From assembly GCA_028821395.1 (NCBI GenBank), contig JAPPGP010000044.1:6196-70195 (forward strand): 64,000 bases of DNA. Direction: 5' to 3'. Source of the stretch: Defluviicoccus sp. Its GTDB lineage: Bacteria > Pseudomonadota > Alphaproteobacteria > MPNO01. The notes under the pieces were generated by a model that was not told where the DNA came from, searched no databases, and saw only the letters and a program-made list of their open reading frames with translations. Within the stretch, counting starts at the first letter, position 1. The number at the start of each line of letters is the position of its first letter. The translations under genes and the position numbers were made by a program. This document shows, piece after piece, positions 18,073 through 26,978 of the stretch.

Positions 18073-18110
18073 GGGGCAGCGGCAACGGTGAAGGCGAGAC
18101 CGGCCCCGCC

Positions 18111-20429
18111 TTACCCCGCCTCCGCCACGGCGGGCGGGGCGTGCACCGCGACCGGCGGGGCGGGGCCGTCCCAGCGCTCGATCTCGACCAGCGCGGAATG
18201 CGCTGCGGTGGCCTGGGAGAGGCGGGAGGTGCCGTGGTCGTGGGTCAGCAGGTTGGGGTTGCCGTGGCGGTCGAGCGTGCCGACCGTCCCGGGCTCGGCC
18301 GGGTCGTACCACGCCCCGGTCGGCAGCACGACCACGCCCGGGCGCACCGCCTCGCTGAGCCTGGCGCCGGCGAGGCACTGGCCGCGGTCGTTGTGGATGC
18401 GCACCACGTCGCCGTCGGCGATGCCGCGCGGGCCGGCGTCGTCCGGGTGGATGGTCGCCGCCTCGCGCCCCGCCACCTTGCCCGACGCGCTGACCGGGGA
18501 CGGATCGAGCTGGCTGTGCAGCCGGGTCGCCGGCTGGTTGGAGACCAGATGCAGCGGAAACCGGGCGGCGAGCGGCGCCCCCAGCCATTCGCGCGGCTCG
18601 AGCCATACCGGATGGCCGGGGCAGTCGTCGTAGCCGAAGCCGGCGACGGTCTCGGAGAAGATCTCGATCCGCCCGGACGGGGTCCGTAGCGGGTGCGCCT
18701 CGGGATCGGCGCGGAAATCGGCGAACAGGACGAAGTCGCCCTCGGGCTCGGTCACGCGCACCCTGCCGTCCCGCCAGAACTCATCGAAGGGCGGCAGCTC
18801 CTCCCCCTCGCGCGCCATCCGGGCGGCGAAGCCGTCATAGCTCTCGCGGATCCAGTCGAGCTCCCCCTTGCCCTCGGTGAACTCTTCGGCGAAGCCGAGC
18901 CGTTCGGCGAGCGCGGTGACGATGTCGTAGTCGCTCCGCGCCTCGCCCAGCGGCTCCACCGCGCGGCGCGTTGCGTAGATCGTGGAATCGCGCGTCCCGG
19001 CGCCGATGTCGTTGCGTTCCAGCGCGCTCGCCGCCGGCAGCACGATGTCGGCATGGCGCGCGGCGGGGGTCCAGAACGGGTCCTGCACGACGATGGTCTC
19101 CGGCTTGCGCCAGGCGCGCAGCAGCCGGTTCAGGTCCTGGTGGTGGTGGAACGGGTTGCCGCCGGCCCACCAGACCATGCGGATGTCGGGATAGGTCCGC
19201 CGCTTGCCGTCGAAGTCGTACTCGCCGCCGGGGTCGAGCAGCATGTCGGCGATGCGCGCGACCGGGATGAAGCTCCCGGTCGGGTCCTTCCCCACAGGCA
19301 GCCCGCGCGGCCCGGCCGCGATCTTCGGGTTGCCGATCGAGCCCATCGCGCCGTAGCCGATGCCGAATCCGCCCCCCGGAAGCCCAATCTGGCCCAGCAT
19401 GCAGGCCAAGGCAATCCCCATCCAGATCGGCTGCTCGCCCCAATCGGCGCGTTGTAGCGAGTAGCTCAGCGTGATCATGGTGCGGGCCGCCGCCATGCCG
19501 CGGGCGAGCGCCCGGATCTCGTCGGCCGCGATGTCCGAGCGCGCGGCGGCCCAGTCCGCGTCCTTGGCGACACCGTCGCTCGCACCCTCGAGATAGGCGC
19601 GGAACCGTTCGAATCCGACGCAATAACGGTCGAGAAAGCCGCGGTCGTGCAGGTCTTCGGCGACCAGCGTGTGGGCGAGCCCGAGCATCAGCGCGGTGTC
19701 GGCGTTGGGGCGGACCGGCATCCAGCGCGCGCCGAGCGCCGCCACCGTGTCGTCCCTGAGCGGGGTGATCGACACCGCCTCGATCCCGGCTTCGCCGAGC
19801 CGCTCGATCCAGCCGCGCGCGACATGCGGGCCGGGCCCGCCGAACGAGACCTGCAAGTTCTTAGGCGCCATGCCGCCGAAGCTCACGATCAGCTCCGTGT
19901 GGGCGGCGATGTTGCGCCACTCCGTTGCCTGCATGCCGACCGGCGCGGCGGTCCCGAGGATATGCGGCACCACGACCAGCGCGGCCCCGCAGCTGTAGTT
20001 GCCGACATGGTCGGTCGCGCCGCCATGGAGGTTGAGCAGCCGGCGGAGCAGCGTGCGCGGGTGCTGGATCTTGCCCGAGCTCGCCCAGCCGTAGCTGCCG
20101 GCATAGATCGCCTCGTTGCCGTGCGCGCGCTTCACCCGTTCGAGCTCGCTTGCAACCAGGTCGAGCGCGCGCTCCCAGGAGACCGGAACGAAGGGCTCGG
20201 CGCCGCGCCCCGCCGTGTCGGAATCGGGCCCGGCGTTGTGGTAGCCCGCGCGCACCATCGGCCGGGCGACCCGCGTCGAATGGTCGACCGTCTCGGGCAG
20301 CGCGGCGTAGAGCGGCGCCGGGTCGGGGTCTTCCGCCCACGGCCGCGCGCCGACCACGCGCCCGTCCGAGACCAGCACGTCGTAGATCCCCCAATGCGCC
20401 CCGGTCGGGACCGCCTCCGTTCCGTCCAT
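18111..20429 (-). CDS. Cytoplasmic molybdopterin S/N-oxide reductase (BisC/biotin-sulfoxide reductase-like, DMSO reductase family)
   Basis: 772 aa from ATG 20429 (MDGTEAVPTGAHWGIYDV...). It has no Tat signal or N-terminal Cys cluster. AIYAGSYGWASSG and VGNYSCGAA match the BisC-type layout as I recall it. Confidence 0.8.
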   Translation of the reverse strand: MDGTEAVPTGAHWGIYDVLVSDGRVVGARPWAEDPDPAPLYAALPETVDHSTRVARPMVRAGYHNAGPDSDTAGRGAEPFVPVSWERALDLVASELERVKRAHGNEAIYAGSYGWASSGKIQHPRTLLRRLLNLHGGATDHVGNYSCGAALVVVPHILGTAAPVGMQATEWRNIAAHTELIVSFGGMAPKNLQVSFGGPGPHVARGWIERLGEAGIEAVSITPLRDDTVAALGARWMPVRPNADTALMLGLAHTLVAEDLHDRGFLDRYCVGFERFRAYLEGASDGVAKDADWAAARSDIAADEIRALARGMAAARTMITLSYSLQRADWGEQPIWMGIALACMLGQIGLPGGGFGIGYGAMGSIGNPKIAAGPRGLPVGKDPTGSFIPVARIADMLLDPGGEYDFDGKRRTYPDIRMVWWAGGNPFHHHQDLNRLLRAWRKPETIVVQDPFWTPAARHADIVLPAASALERNDIGAGTRDSTIYATRRAVEPLGEARSDYDIVTALAERLGFAEEFTEGKGELDWIRESYDGFAARMAREGEELPPFDEFWRDGRVRVTEPEGDFVLFADFRADPEAHPLRTPSGRIEIFSETVAGFGYDDCPGHPVWLEPREWLGAPLAARFPLHLVSNQPATRLHSQLDPSPVSASGKVAGREAATIHPDDAGPRGIADGDVVRIHNDRGQCLAGARLSEAVRPGVVVLPTGAWYDPAEPGTVGTLDRHGNPNLLTHDHGTSRLSQATAAHSALVEIERWDGPAPPVAVHAPPAVAEAG

Positions 20430-20545
20430 GATGCGCTCCTCCCCGCCCCAATTGCCGCAACCGCGTGCGGCGGTCAAGGCGTCGCGGGGGACGCCCCTTT
20501 CCTGCTAGGTTCCGCCCGGTCCACCTCGGAGAGGAGTCCGGCCCG

Positions 20546-21742
20546 GTGAAACGGAGCGAGGAGCGCATTCTCACCACCCATGTGGGGAGCCTGATCCGGC
20601 CGAAGGCGATCCGGGACATCCTCACGGCAAGACAGAACGGCGTCGCGGTGGACGAGGCGTATCACCGGAGCGTGCTCGCCGAGTCGGTGGCGGAGATCGC
20701 GCGGCGCCAGGCGGAGACCGGGATCGACGTGATCAGCGACGGCGAGTTCGGCAAGTCGATAAGCTGGTCGCAATACGTGCTCGAACGGCTGGACGGGTTC
20801 GAGCGGCGCCCGGTGGCGCCCGGCGCGGCCGACCCGTTCGCGCGCGGCCTCGACCGGGAGCGCTTTCCCGAGTTCTACGCCGAGCTCGACGCGCATGACC
20901 GGGCGCAGGGACGCTTCGACGGCGGCGCCGGCGCGCGATACGAGTCGGTCTGCGTCGCGCCGATCGCCTATACCGGCCAGGATGCGCTCGCGCGCGACAT
21001 CGCGAATTTCAGGGCGGCGCTCGCGGAGGTGGACGTGGCGGAGGGGTTCCTGCCCGTCGCCGCGCCGGCGAGCGTCATCCCCGACCGCAGGAACGAGTAC
21101 TACGAGAGCGACGAGGCGCTGGTGTTCGCCATCGCCGATGCCATGCGGGTCGAGTACCGCACCATCGCCGAGTCCGGCCTGCTGGTCCAGATCGACGACG
21201 CGCGCGCCGCGGTCACCTACGACCGCATGGTTCCGCCGGCGACCATGCGGGACTTCCGCGAGTGGCTCGGTCTCCACATGGAGGCGCTCAACCACGCGCT
21301 CGACGGGATCCCGCCGGAACGGGTGCGCTACCACGTCTGCTGGGGGAGCTGGCCCGGCCCGCATACCAGCGACGTACCGATCCGCGACATCGTCGACCTG
21401 ATCCTGAGCGTCAACGCCGGCGCTTACGTGCTGGAGATGGCGAACCCGCGCCACGAGCACGAATGGGCGGTGTGGAAGGACGTCGCGCTGCCGGACGGCA
21501 AGCTGCTGATCCCGGGCGTGATCAGCCACGCCACCAATGTCGTCGAGCATCCCGAGCTGGTCGCCGAGCGCATCGTGCGTCTCGCCGGGCTGGTCGGGCG
21601 GGAGAACGTCATCGCCTCGACCGATTGCGGATTCGCGCAGGGCCCGTTCCACCGCCGCGTCCACCCGAGCGTGCAATGGGCCAAGCTCGGCGCGCTCGCC
21701 GAGGGCGCGAGGCTCGCCAGCGAACGGCTGTGGAACGGCTGA
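20546..21742 (+). CDS. Cobalamin-independent methionine synthase (MetE C-terminal domain)-like family protein
   Basis: About 398 aa from GTG 20546, preceded by GGAGAGGAG. Motifs: ILTTHVGSLIRP, DVISDGEF, RYHVCWG and IASTDCGF, an MetE-type Zn/homocysteine-binding barrel pattern. Confidence 0.75.
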   Translation: MKRSEERILTTHVGSLIRPKAIRDILTARQNGVAVDEAYHRSVLAESVAEIARRQAETGIDVISDGEFGKSISWSQYVLERLDGFERRPVAPGAADPFARGLDRERFPEFYAELDAHDRAQGRFDGGAGARYESVCVAPIAYTGQDALARDIANFRAALAEVDVAEGFLPVAAPASVIPDRRNEYYESDEALVFAIADAMRVEYRTIAESGLLVQIDDARAAVTYDRMVPPATMRDFREWLGLHMEALNHALDGIPPERVRYHVCWGSWPGPHTSDVPIRDIVDLILSVNAGAYVLEMANPRHEHEWAVWKDVALPDGKLLIPGVISHATNVVEHPELVAERIVRLAGLVGRENVIASTDCGFAQGPFHRRVHPSVQWAKLGALAEGARLASERLWNG

Positions 21743-21758
21743 GCGGGATTACCCCTCC

Positions 21759-21786
21759 TTGCAAATGACCAACCCTGTTGTACAAT
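21759..21786 (+). promoter_or_regulatory. Sigma-70-like promoter with an overlapping palindrome upstream of vapBC
   Basis: TTGCAA (21759-21764), 16 nt, then TACAAT (21781-21786). The palindrome TTGTACAA (21778-21785) overlaps the -10. GC content drops locally. Confidence 0.5.
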
Positions 21787-21818
21787 AGGCCTTTCGCCGC
21801 AGACAGGGGAGTTCCATC

Positions 21819-22100
21819 GTGCCGCCCGCCACGTACAAGGTCGCGGAGGCCCGCGCTCGCTTCTCGGAGATTCTGGACCGCGCCCGGTCCGGGGAGGAGA
21901 TCCTGATCGAGAAGGGCGATAAGCCCCATGCCCGGCTGCTGCCGCCGGTCGAGCGGGAAGAACGCGAGTCCGCGCCGCTGGCGCATCTGCGCTTGCCCGA
22001 CGATCTGTTCGACGCCGAGGATCCCGAACAGGCGGCGATCGACGCGGGCGCGGGCACCGACTCGCTCGGTATCTGGCGCGGACGCGCGCCCGGTCGGTGA
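21819..22100 (+). CDS. Type II antitoxin, Phd/YefM-like (VapB partner)
   Basis: 93 aa with a GTG start preceded by AGGGGAG. The N-terminus YKVAEARARFSEILDRARSGEEILIEKGDKPHARLLP is typical of Phd/YefM. Its stop overlaps the toxin start (GTGA). Confidence 0.75.
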   Translation: MPPATYKVAEARARFSEILDRARSGEEILIEKGDKPHARLLPPVEREERESAPLAHLRLPDDLFDAEDPEQAAIDAGAGTDSLGIWRGRAPGR

Positions 22101-22474
22101 GGCTGCTGCTCGACAGCCACGCGGTCTATTGGTGGTTGGCAGGCAGCCCCAGGCTCTCGCCCGTCGCGCGGGACCTGATTCTGGACGCCGCGAACCCGGT
22201 TCTGGTCAGCGCGGCCTCGGTCTACGAGATCGAACTCAAGGCGGGACGCAGGCGGGTGAGCTTGCCGCCGCAAGAGCTGCGCGCCGCGCTCCGGCGCAAC
22301 GCCGTGGGAGAGCTCGCCATCGACCACGACCACGCGGAATACGCCGCCCAGCTCGACTGGGCGCATCGCGATCCCTGGGACCGGCTGCTGGCCGCCCAGG
22401 CGCTGCTGGAGAGCTGCGCCCTGGTTTCGATCGACAAGGTGTTCGACCAACTCCCCGTCGACCGGCGCTGGTGA
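22097..22474 (+). CDS. vapC: PIN-domain ribonuclease toxin
   Basis: 125 aa: LLLDSHAVYWW..., SAASVYEIELK..., HRDPWDRLLAAQA. The acidic PIN residues are present. Confidence 0.85.
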   Translation: MRLLLDSHAVYWWLAGSPRLSPVARDLILDAANPVLVSAASVYEIELKAGRRRVSLPPQELRAALRRNAVGELAIDHDHAEYAAQLDWAHRDPWDRLLAAQALLESCALVSIDKVFDQLPVDRRW

Positions 22475-22488
22475 CCCGGGTTCGCGCC

Positions 22489-24816
22489 CTAGCCGCCCGC
22501 CCGGCGCATCGCCCGCCAGACCTTCTCCGCGGTCGCCGGCATTTCGACCGGCGGGGCGCCGATGCGGTGCAGTGCGTCGTTGACGGCGTTCATGATCGAC
22601 GGCATCGCGCCGACGGTCCCGGCCTCGCCCACGCCCTTGACGCCGAGCGGGTTGCGTTCCGTGGGCACCTCGTTGGCGGCGAGCTCGAAATGGCAGAAAT
22701 CGTCGGCCCTCGGCATCGCGTAGTCCATGAACGAGCCCGACAGCAGCTGGCCGTCCCGGTCGTAGTTCACGTCCTCCATCAGGATCTGACCGGCGCCCTG
22801 GACGATGCCGCCATGCACCTGGGCGTCGAACAGGATCGGGTTGAGCACGGTGCCGGCATCGTCGACGCAGTTGTAGCGCACCAGCCGGACCCGCCCGGTC
22901 TCGCGGTCGATCTCGATTTCGGCGAGATGGAACCCGTTGGGATAGACCGGCCCGTCGTCGCTGCCGAAATCGCCCCGCTCGTAGAGCCCGGGCTCGATGT
23001 CCGGCGGCAGTCTGGGTTTCTGGAACGCGGCCCGCGCGATTTCGGCGAGCGTGACCGTGCGGTCGGTGCCGGCGATGCCGAACCGTCCCCCGGAGAACTC
23101 GATGTCGGCCTCCGCCGCCTCCAGCATATGGGCGGCGATCCGCCTGCCCTTGTCCACGATCTTGTCTGCCGCCTGGACCACCGCGGAGCCGGCGAGCGCG
23201 GCGCAGCGGGCGTTGAAGGTGCCGACCCCGGCGGTGACCGCGTCGGTATCGCCGTAGCGGTAGCGGATGTCGTCCATGTCGATGCCGAGCCGGTCGGCCA
23301 GAATTTGGCGGAACGTCGTGCCGTGGCCCTGGCCGTGATCCATCGCGCCGGTGAGCAGGGTGATGCCGCCGCCCGAATCGAAGCGGATCTCGGCATGCTC
23401 GTAGTTGGTCATGGCGACGCCCGAGATGGTCTGCGACATGCCGATGCCGAGCAGCCTGCCCTTCTCCAGCGCTTCCGCCCGGCGGGTCTCGAAGTCCGCG
23501 TAGCCGCCGGTCTCGAGCGCGCGCGCCTGGTTGGCGGGAAACTCGCCGCAATCGTAGACCGCGCCGAGGCACGTCCGGTGCGGCAGCTCGCCGGGGTCGA
23601 GCGTGTTGATCTCGCGCAGCCTGGCCGGGTCGACGCCGAGCTCGCGCGCGGCGACATCGACCATCGCCTCGATGACGTGGCAGGGCTCGGGCTTGGCGCC
23701 GCCGCGATACTGGGCGTTGGTCATGGTGTTGGTGAAGGCGCCGGTCACCCTGGCGTGGATCGCCGGCGTCCGGTACACCCCGGCGAGCCCGCCGAGCCCG
23801 GTCACCGTCGATCCGAAATTGCGGTCCGACGTGTAATAGGCGCCGATCGGCACCTTGGTGTGGGTGCGCAGCGCGAGGAACCGGTACTCCGAATCGAGCG
23901 CGAGCTCGGCATCGACGAAGCCGCCGCGCGCCTGCTCGTCGGTCAGCAGGCATTCGGAGCGCTCGGCCACCCATTTCACCGGCCGGCCGACGACCTCCGA
24001 CGCCCAGAGCGCGAGCGCGTATTCCGGCAGGCAGCCGCCGCGGGTCCCGAAGCCGCCCCCCATGTTGTCGCACACCACGCGGAACCTTCCCTGCGGCAGC
24101 CCGAAGATCTGTTCCGCCAGGATCGCGCGGATGCCGTGCGCCGACTGGATAGTGGCGCGGATGGTGTAGCGGTCCTCGTACGCGTCGTACCGGGCGAGGC
24201 AGCCGCGCGGCTCCATCGGGTTGCCGGTCACCCGGTTGACGCAGACCCGGTGGCGCACGACGTGAGCCGCCCTGGCGAGCCCGTCCGCCGCCGCCGCCGC
24301 ATCGCCGACCTCGTGGGTGAAGGCCTCGTTGCCGGGGTTGTCGTCCCACACCGAAGGCGCGCCGGGGGCGAGCGCATCGTCCGCCGTCGCCAGCGCCGGC
24401 AGCGGGGCGTAGTCGACGTCGATCAGCTCGGCGGCGTCCTTGGCCGCATCGACCGTCTCGGCGACGATGAAGGCGACCGCCTGACCGGCCATGCGGGCGC
24501 GGCCCTGGGCCAGGAGCGGCTGCGGCGTCTTGAAGCCCGGCGAGCCGTCGGCGCGCCGGGTGGGCAGCACCGCCCGCACCGTGCCGAGCCCGCGCTCGGC
24601 GAGATCGTCGCCGGTCAGGATCGCGAGCACGCCCGGCGCCGCGAGCGCCGCGCCGGTGTCGATGGAACGGATTTCGGCATGCGCGTGCGGCGAGCGCAGC
24701 ACGAAGGCGCGGGCCTGGCCGGGCGCCGCGACGTCGTCGAGATAGCGCCCCCGCCCCCGCAAAAGCCTGAAATCCTCGCCCCGCCTGACGGCATCGCCGA
24801 TACGCACCATGGTCAT
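22489..24816 (-). CDS. Xanthine dehydrogenase/aldehyde oxidase/CoxL-family molybdopterin-binding large subunit (paralog 1)
   Basis: 775 aa from ATG 24816, preceded by GGAGGAGAGAG. The N-terminus reads GEDFRLLRGRGRYLDDV. The active-site-loop region reads QYRGGAKPE, and the C-terminus contains PLGVKGVGEAG. Confidence 0.9.
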   Translation of the reverse strand: MTMVRIGDAVRRGEDFRLLRGRGRYLDDVAAPGQARAFVLRSPHAHAEIRSIDTGAALAAPGVLAILTGDDLAERGLGTVRAVLPTRRADGSPGFKTPQPLLAQGRARMAGQAVAFIVAETVDAAKDAAELIDVDYAPLPALATADDALAPGAPSVWDDNPGNEAFTHEVGDAAAAADGLARAAHVVRHRVCVNRVTGNPMEPRGCLARYDAYEDRYTIRATIQSAHGIRAILAEQIFGLPQGRFRVVCDNMGGGFGTRGGCLPEYALALWASEVVGRPVKWVAERSECLLTDEQARGGFVDAELALDSEYRFLALRTHTKVPIGAYYTSDRNFGSTVTGLGGLAGVYRTPAIHARVTGAFTNTMTNAQYRGGAKPEPCHVIEAMVDVAARELGVDPARLREINTLDPGELPHRTCLGAVYDCGEFPANQARALETGGYADFETRRAEALEKGRLLGIGMSQTISGVAMTNYEHAEIRFDSGGGITLLTGAMDHGQGHGTTFRQILADRLGIDMDDIRYRYGDTDAVTAGVGTFNARCAALAGSAVVQAADKIVDKGRRIAAHMLEAAEADIEFSGGRFGIAGTDRTVTLAEIARAAFQKPRLPPDIEPGLYERGDFGSDDGPVYPNGFHLAEIEIDRETGRVRLVRYNCVDDAGTVLNPILFDAQVHGGIVQGAGQILMEDVNYDRDGQLLSGSFMDYAMPRADDFCHFELAANEVPTERNPLGVKGVGEAGTVGAMPSIMNAVNDALHRIGAPPVEMPATAEKVWRAMRRAGG

Positions 24817-24893
24817 GGCAGCTCTCTCCTCCGGTTCCGGGTCGTCTCGACACGGGCCGGAGCATAGAGCATCGGGGCGTAGAGCGGCGTTGC

Positions 24894-26498
24894 CTACGCC
24901 CGGTTGGTCGGCAGCGGGCTGCGGTCGACCAGGTCCATCTGGCGCCGGGCGAGGCGTTCCATGCACTCGGCCCGGCCCGCGCTCGCCGCCGGGTCGTCCC
25001 ACAGATTGACCAGCTCGGAGGGGTCGTTCTCCAGGTCGTAGAGCTCGCCCCAGCCCACGCCGTCATAGAGCGTCATGCGCCAGCGCCTGGTGACCAGCGT
25101 GCGCACGCGGGGCGGGGAGTCGAAGCCGAGGATGGTGCGCTGCTGGTCGTCCTCGATCACCACGTCGGCGTCGGGATCGTCGGGCGCGCCGTCGACCAGC
25201 TTCATGAGCGACCGGCCCTGGATGCCGTTATAGGGCGCGATGCGGGCGCGATCGAGCACGGTGCGGGCGATGTCGAGCGTGCCGGCGAGCGTCGCCGTCG
25301 CGCCGGTGGGCGCGGCGCGGCCGGCGGTGTCCTTCCACAGGAACGGCACCCGGATCAGGCTCTGGTAGTGGACCGGCCCCTTGAGCATGATCCGGTGATC
25401 GCCGAGATAGTCGCCGTGGTCGGCGGTGAAGATCACCACCGTGTCGTCGGCGAGGCCGAGGCGGTCGAGCGCCGCCAGGATCTCGCCCACCGCGTCGTCG
25501 ATCATGGCGATCATCCCGCAGGTGAGCGCGCAGGCCTCCCGCGCCTCGCGCTCGGAGACCGCGAACAGCGACTGGCTGTCGGTCACCGCCTCGCCCGCCT
25601 CGCGCTTCTCGCGCGCCCAGCGGACATGGGGCGGCGGCTCGCGGTTGGCGGCGAACGAGGCGTCGAGCGTCATGTCGTCGGGGTCGTACATCCCCCAGTA
25701 CTTGCCCGGCGGGGTGAAGGGATGGTGCGGGTCGGGGAAGGAGGCCATGGCGAAGAACGGCGCATCGCCCCCCTCGCGCGCGTGGGATTCGAGGAAATCG
25801 ACCGTGCTCTCGGCGACATAGGTCGTCGGGTAGAGCTCCTCCGGCACCGCGGTGCGCCAGGCCTGCGGCATGGAGTAGTCGTGCGGCAGCGCGTTCTCCG
25901 GCCCGCGCAGGCTCGCCGGATCGGCGTGGCGCCCCTTCAGCCACTGCCAGTAATGCCCGCCCACCTTGTCGCCGTGCTCGGTACAGAGGTCGACGCGCTC
26001 GAAGCCGTAGAACGGGTAGTGCAGGTCCCAGTCCGGGTCGTCGCGCCAGCCCTGCGGGGACTCGGCATCGACCGGCCCGTCCTCGCCGCTGCGGCGCATC
26101 GCCTCCACGAACCCCTCGGGCGGAGCCAGATGGCCCTCCGGCGGGTCCGCGCGTTCGAGGATGGCCGGCATGCCGGTCATGTTCTGGAGGTGGCTCTTGC
26201 CCAGCAGCGCCGTCCGGTAGCCATGCGTCCGCATCAAATCGACGAAGGTGTTGGCGCGCAGCGTGAGGGCGGTGCCGTTCGAGCGCACCCCGTGCAGCGA
26301 CGGCATGCGCCCGGTCATCAGGGTCGCGCGGTTCGGCATGCAGACCGGGGTCGCGACGTAGAACCGGTCGAATCGCCGCCCTCCCTCGGCGATCGAGTCG
26401 ATGTTGGGCGTCCTCAGCACCGGATGCCCGGCGCAGGCGAGATAGTCCGCCCGCTGCTGGTCGGTGATGACGAGAAGGAAGTTCGGGCGCTTGGCCAT
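24894..26498 (-). CDS. Sulfatase (Cys-type, formylglycine-dependent)
   Basis: 534 aa: NFLLVITDQQRAD, with the C-x-P-x-R motif in TPVCMPNRATLMTG. Confidence 0.9.
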   Translation of the reverse strand: MAKRPNFLLVITDQQRADYLACAGHPVLRTPNIDSIAEGGRRFDRFYVATPVCMPNRATLMTGRMPSLHGVRSNGTALTLRANTFVDLMRTHGYRTALLGKSHLQNMTGMPAILERADPPEGHLAPPEGFVEAMRRSGEDGPVDAESPQGWRDDPDWDLHYPFYGFERVDLCTEHGDKVGGHYWQWLKGRHADPASLRGPENALPHDYSMPQAWRTAVPEELYPTTYVAESTVDFLESHAREGGDAPFFAMASFPDPHHPFTPPGKYWGMYDPDDMTLDASFAANREPPPHVRWAREKREAGEAVTDSQSLFAVSEREAREACALTCGMIAMIDDAVGEILAALDRLGLADDTVVIFTADHGDYLGDHRIMLKGPVHYQSLIRVPFLWKDTAGRAAPTGATATLAGTLDIARTVLDRARIAPYNGIQGRSLMKLVDGAPDDPDADVVIEDDQQRTILGFDSPPRVRTLVTRRWRMTLYDGVGWGELYDLENDPSELVNLWDDPAASAGRAECMERLARRQMDLVDRSPLPTNRA

Positions 26499-26529
26499 GT
26501 GCGTGTCCTGACTGTGGAGCGATGGAAAA

Positions 26530-26967
26530 CTAGGTCCGACCGTCGAACCTCTCGGTGGCGTCGACGTCGAGCTTGCGCGGCTCGACGTCGACGCGCTCGT
26601 TGCGGACGCCGCGGTCGAAGGCGACGACCTGGAGGAGTTCCAGCGGGTCCGTGCCGACGGACTCGAACCAGTACCGCGCGTTGCGCGGCATGACGATGCC
26701 CTCGTGGACGCCGAACTCGCCGATCACGCCGTCCGGGCCGTGCCAGCGCACCCGACCGCTGAGCACCATCCAGAACCCGTCCATCCCCGTGTGCGAATGG
26801 AGGTTGTTGTCGCCGCCCTCGCGCACCACCTGCACGGCGCCGCGGATGATGTCGGTCTGGCAGAGCGAGACGATCGCCTTGGCGCCCGACTGCGCCGCTG
26901 GCTTCTCGTAGCGGAAGGTCTGGGGCGGGCGGGGTTTGCCCCGCCCGGCGATCCGGCTTCGCTCCAT
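26530..26967 (-). CDS. Cupin-domain protein
   Basis: 145 aa from ATG 26967, preceded by GAGGAGAGAC. Cupin motifs: NLHSHTGMDGFWMVLSGRV and HEGIVMPRNARYWFE. Confidence 0.7.
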   Translation of the reverse strand: MERSRIAGRGKPRPPQTFRYEKPAAQSGAKAIVSLCQTDIIRGAVQVVREGGDNNLHSHTGMDGFWMVLSGRVRWHGPDGVIGEFGVHEGIVMPRNARYWFESVGTDPLELLQVVAFDRGVRNERVDVEPRKLDVDATERFDGRT

Positions 26968-26978
26968 GGGGTCTCTCC

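Noticed and set aside
17701-18606. ORFs running through the repeat cluster (17701-18606, 17747-18085, 17781-18002, 16775-18049)
   Set aside because: They are generated by translating REP-like hairpin repeats (the VMPGLVPG-type peptides) and the 3' end of the Mo-oxidoreductase gene in the wrong frame. No coding signal is present.
20430-20545. Cobalamin or SAM riboswitch upstream of the MetE-like gene
   Set aside because: Only 116 nt are available and shared with a divergent gene. It has no B12-box-like or GCUAAAA-type blocks and is too short for a cobalamin aptamer.
21749-25066. 1105-aa minus-strand ORF, plus the 979-aa plus-strand ORF 21928-24867, across VapBC and Mo-subunit paralog 1
   Set aside because: These are alternative frames of the real genes. 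The in-frame CoxL-like protein (22489-24816) and VapBC have recognisable domains. These frames are Arg/Pro/Gly-rich artefacts.
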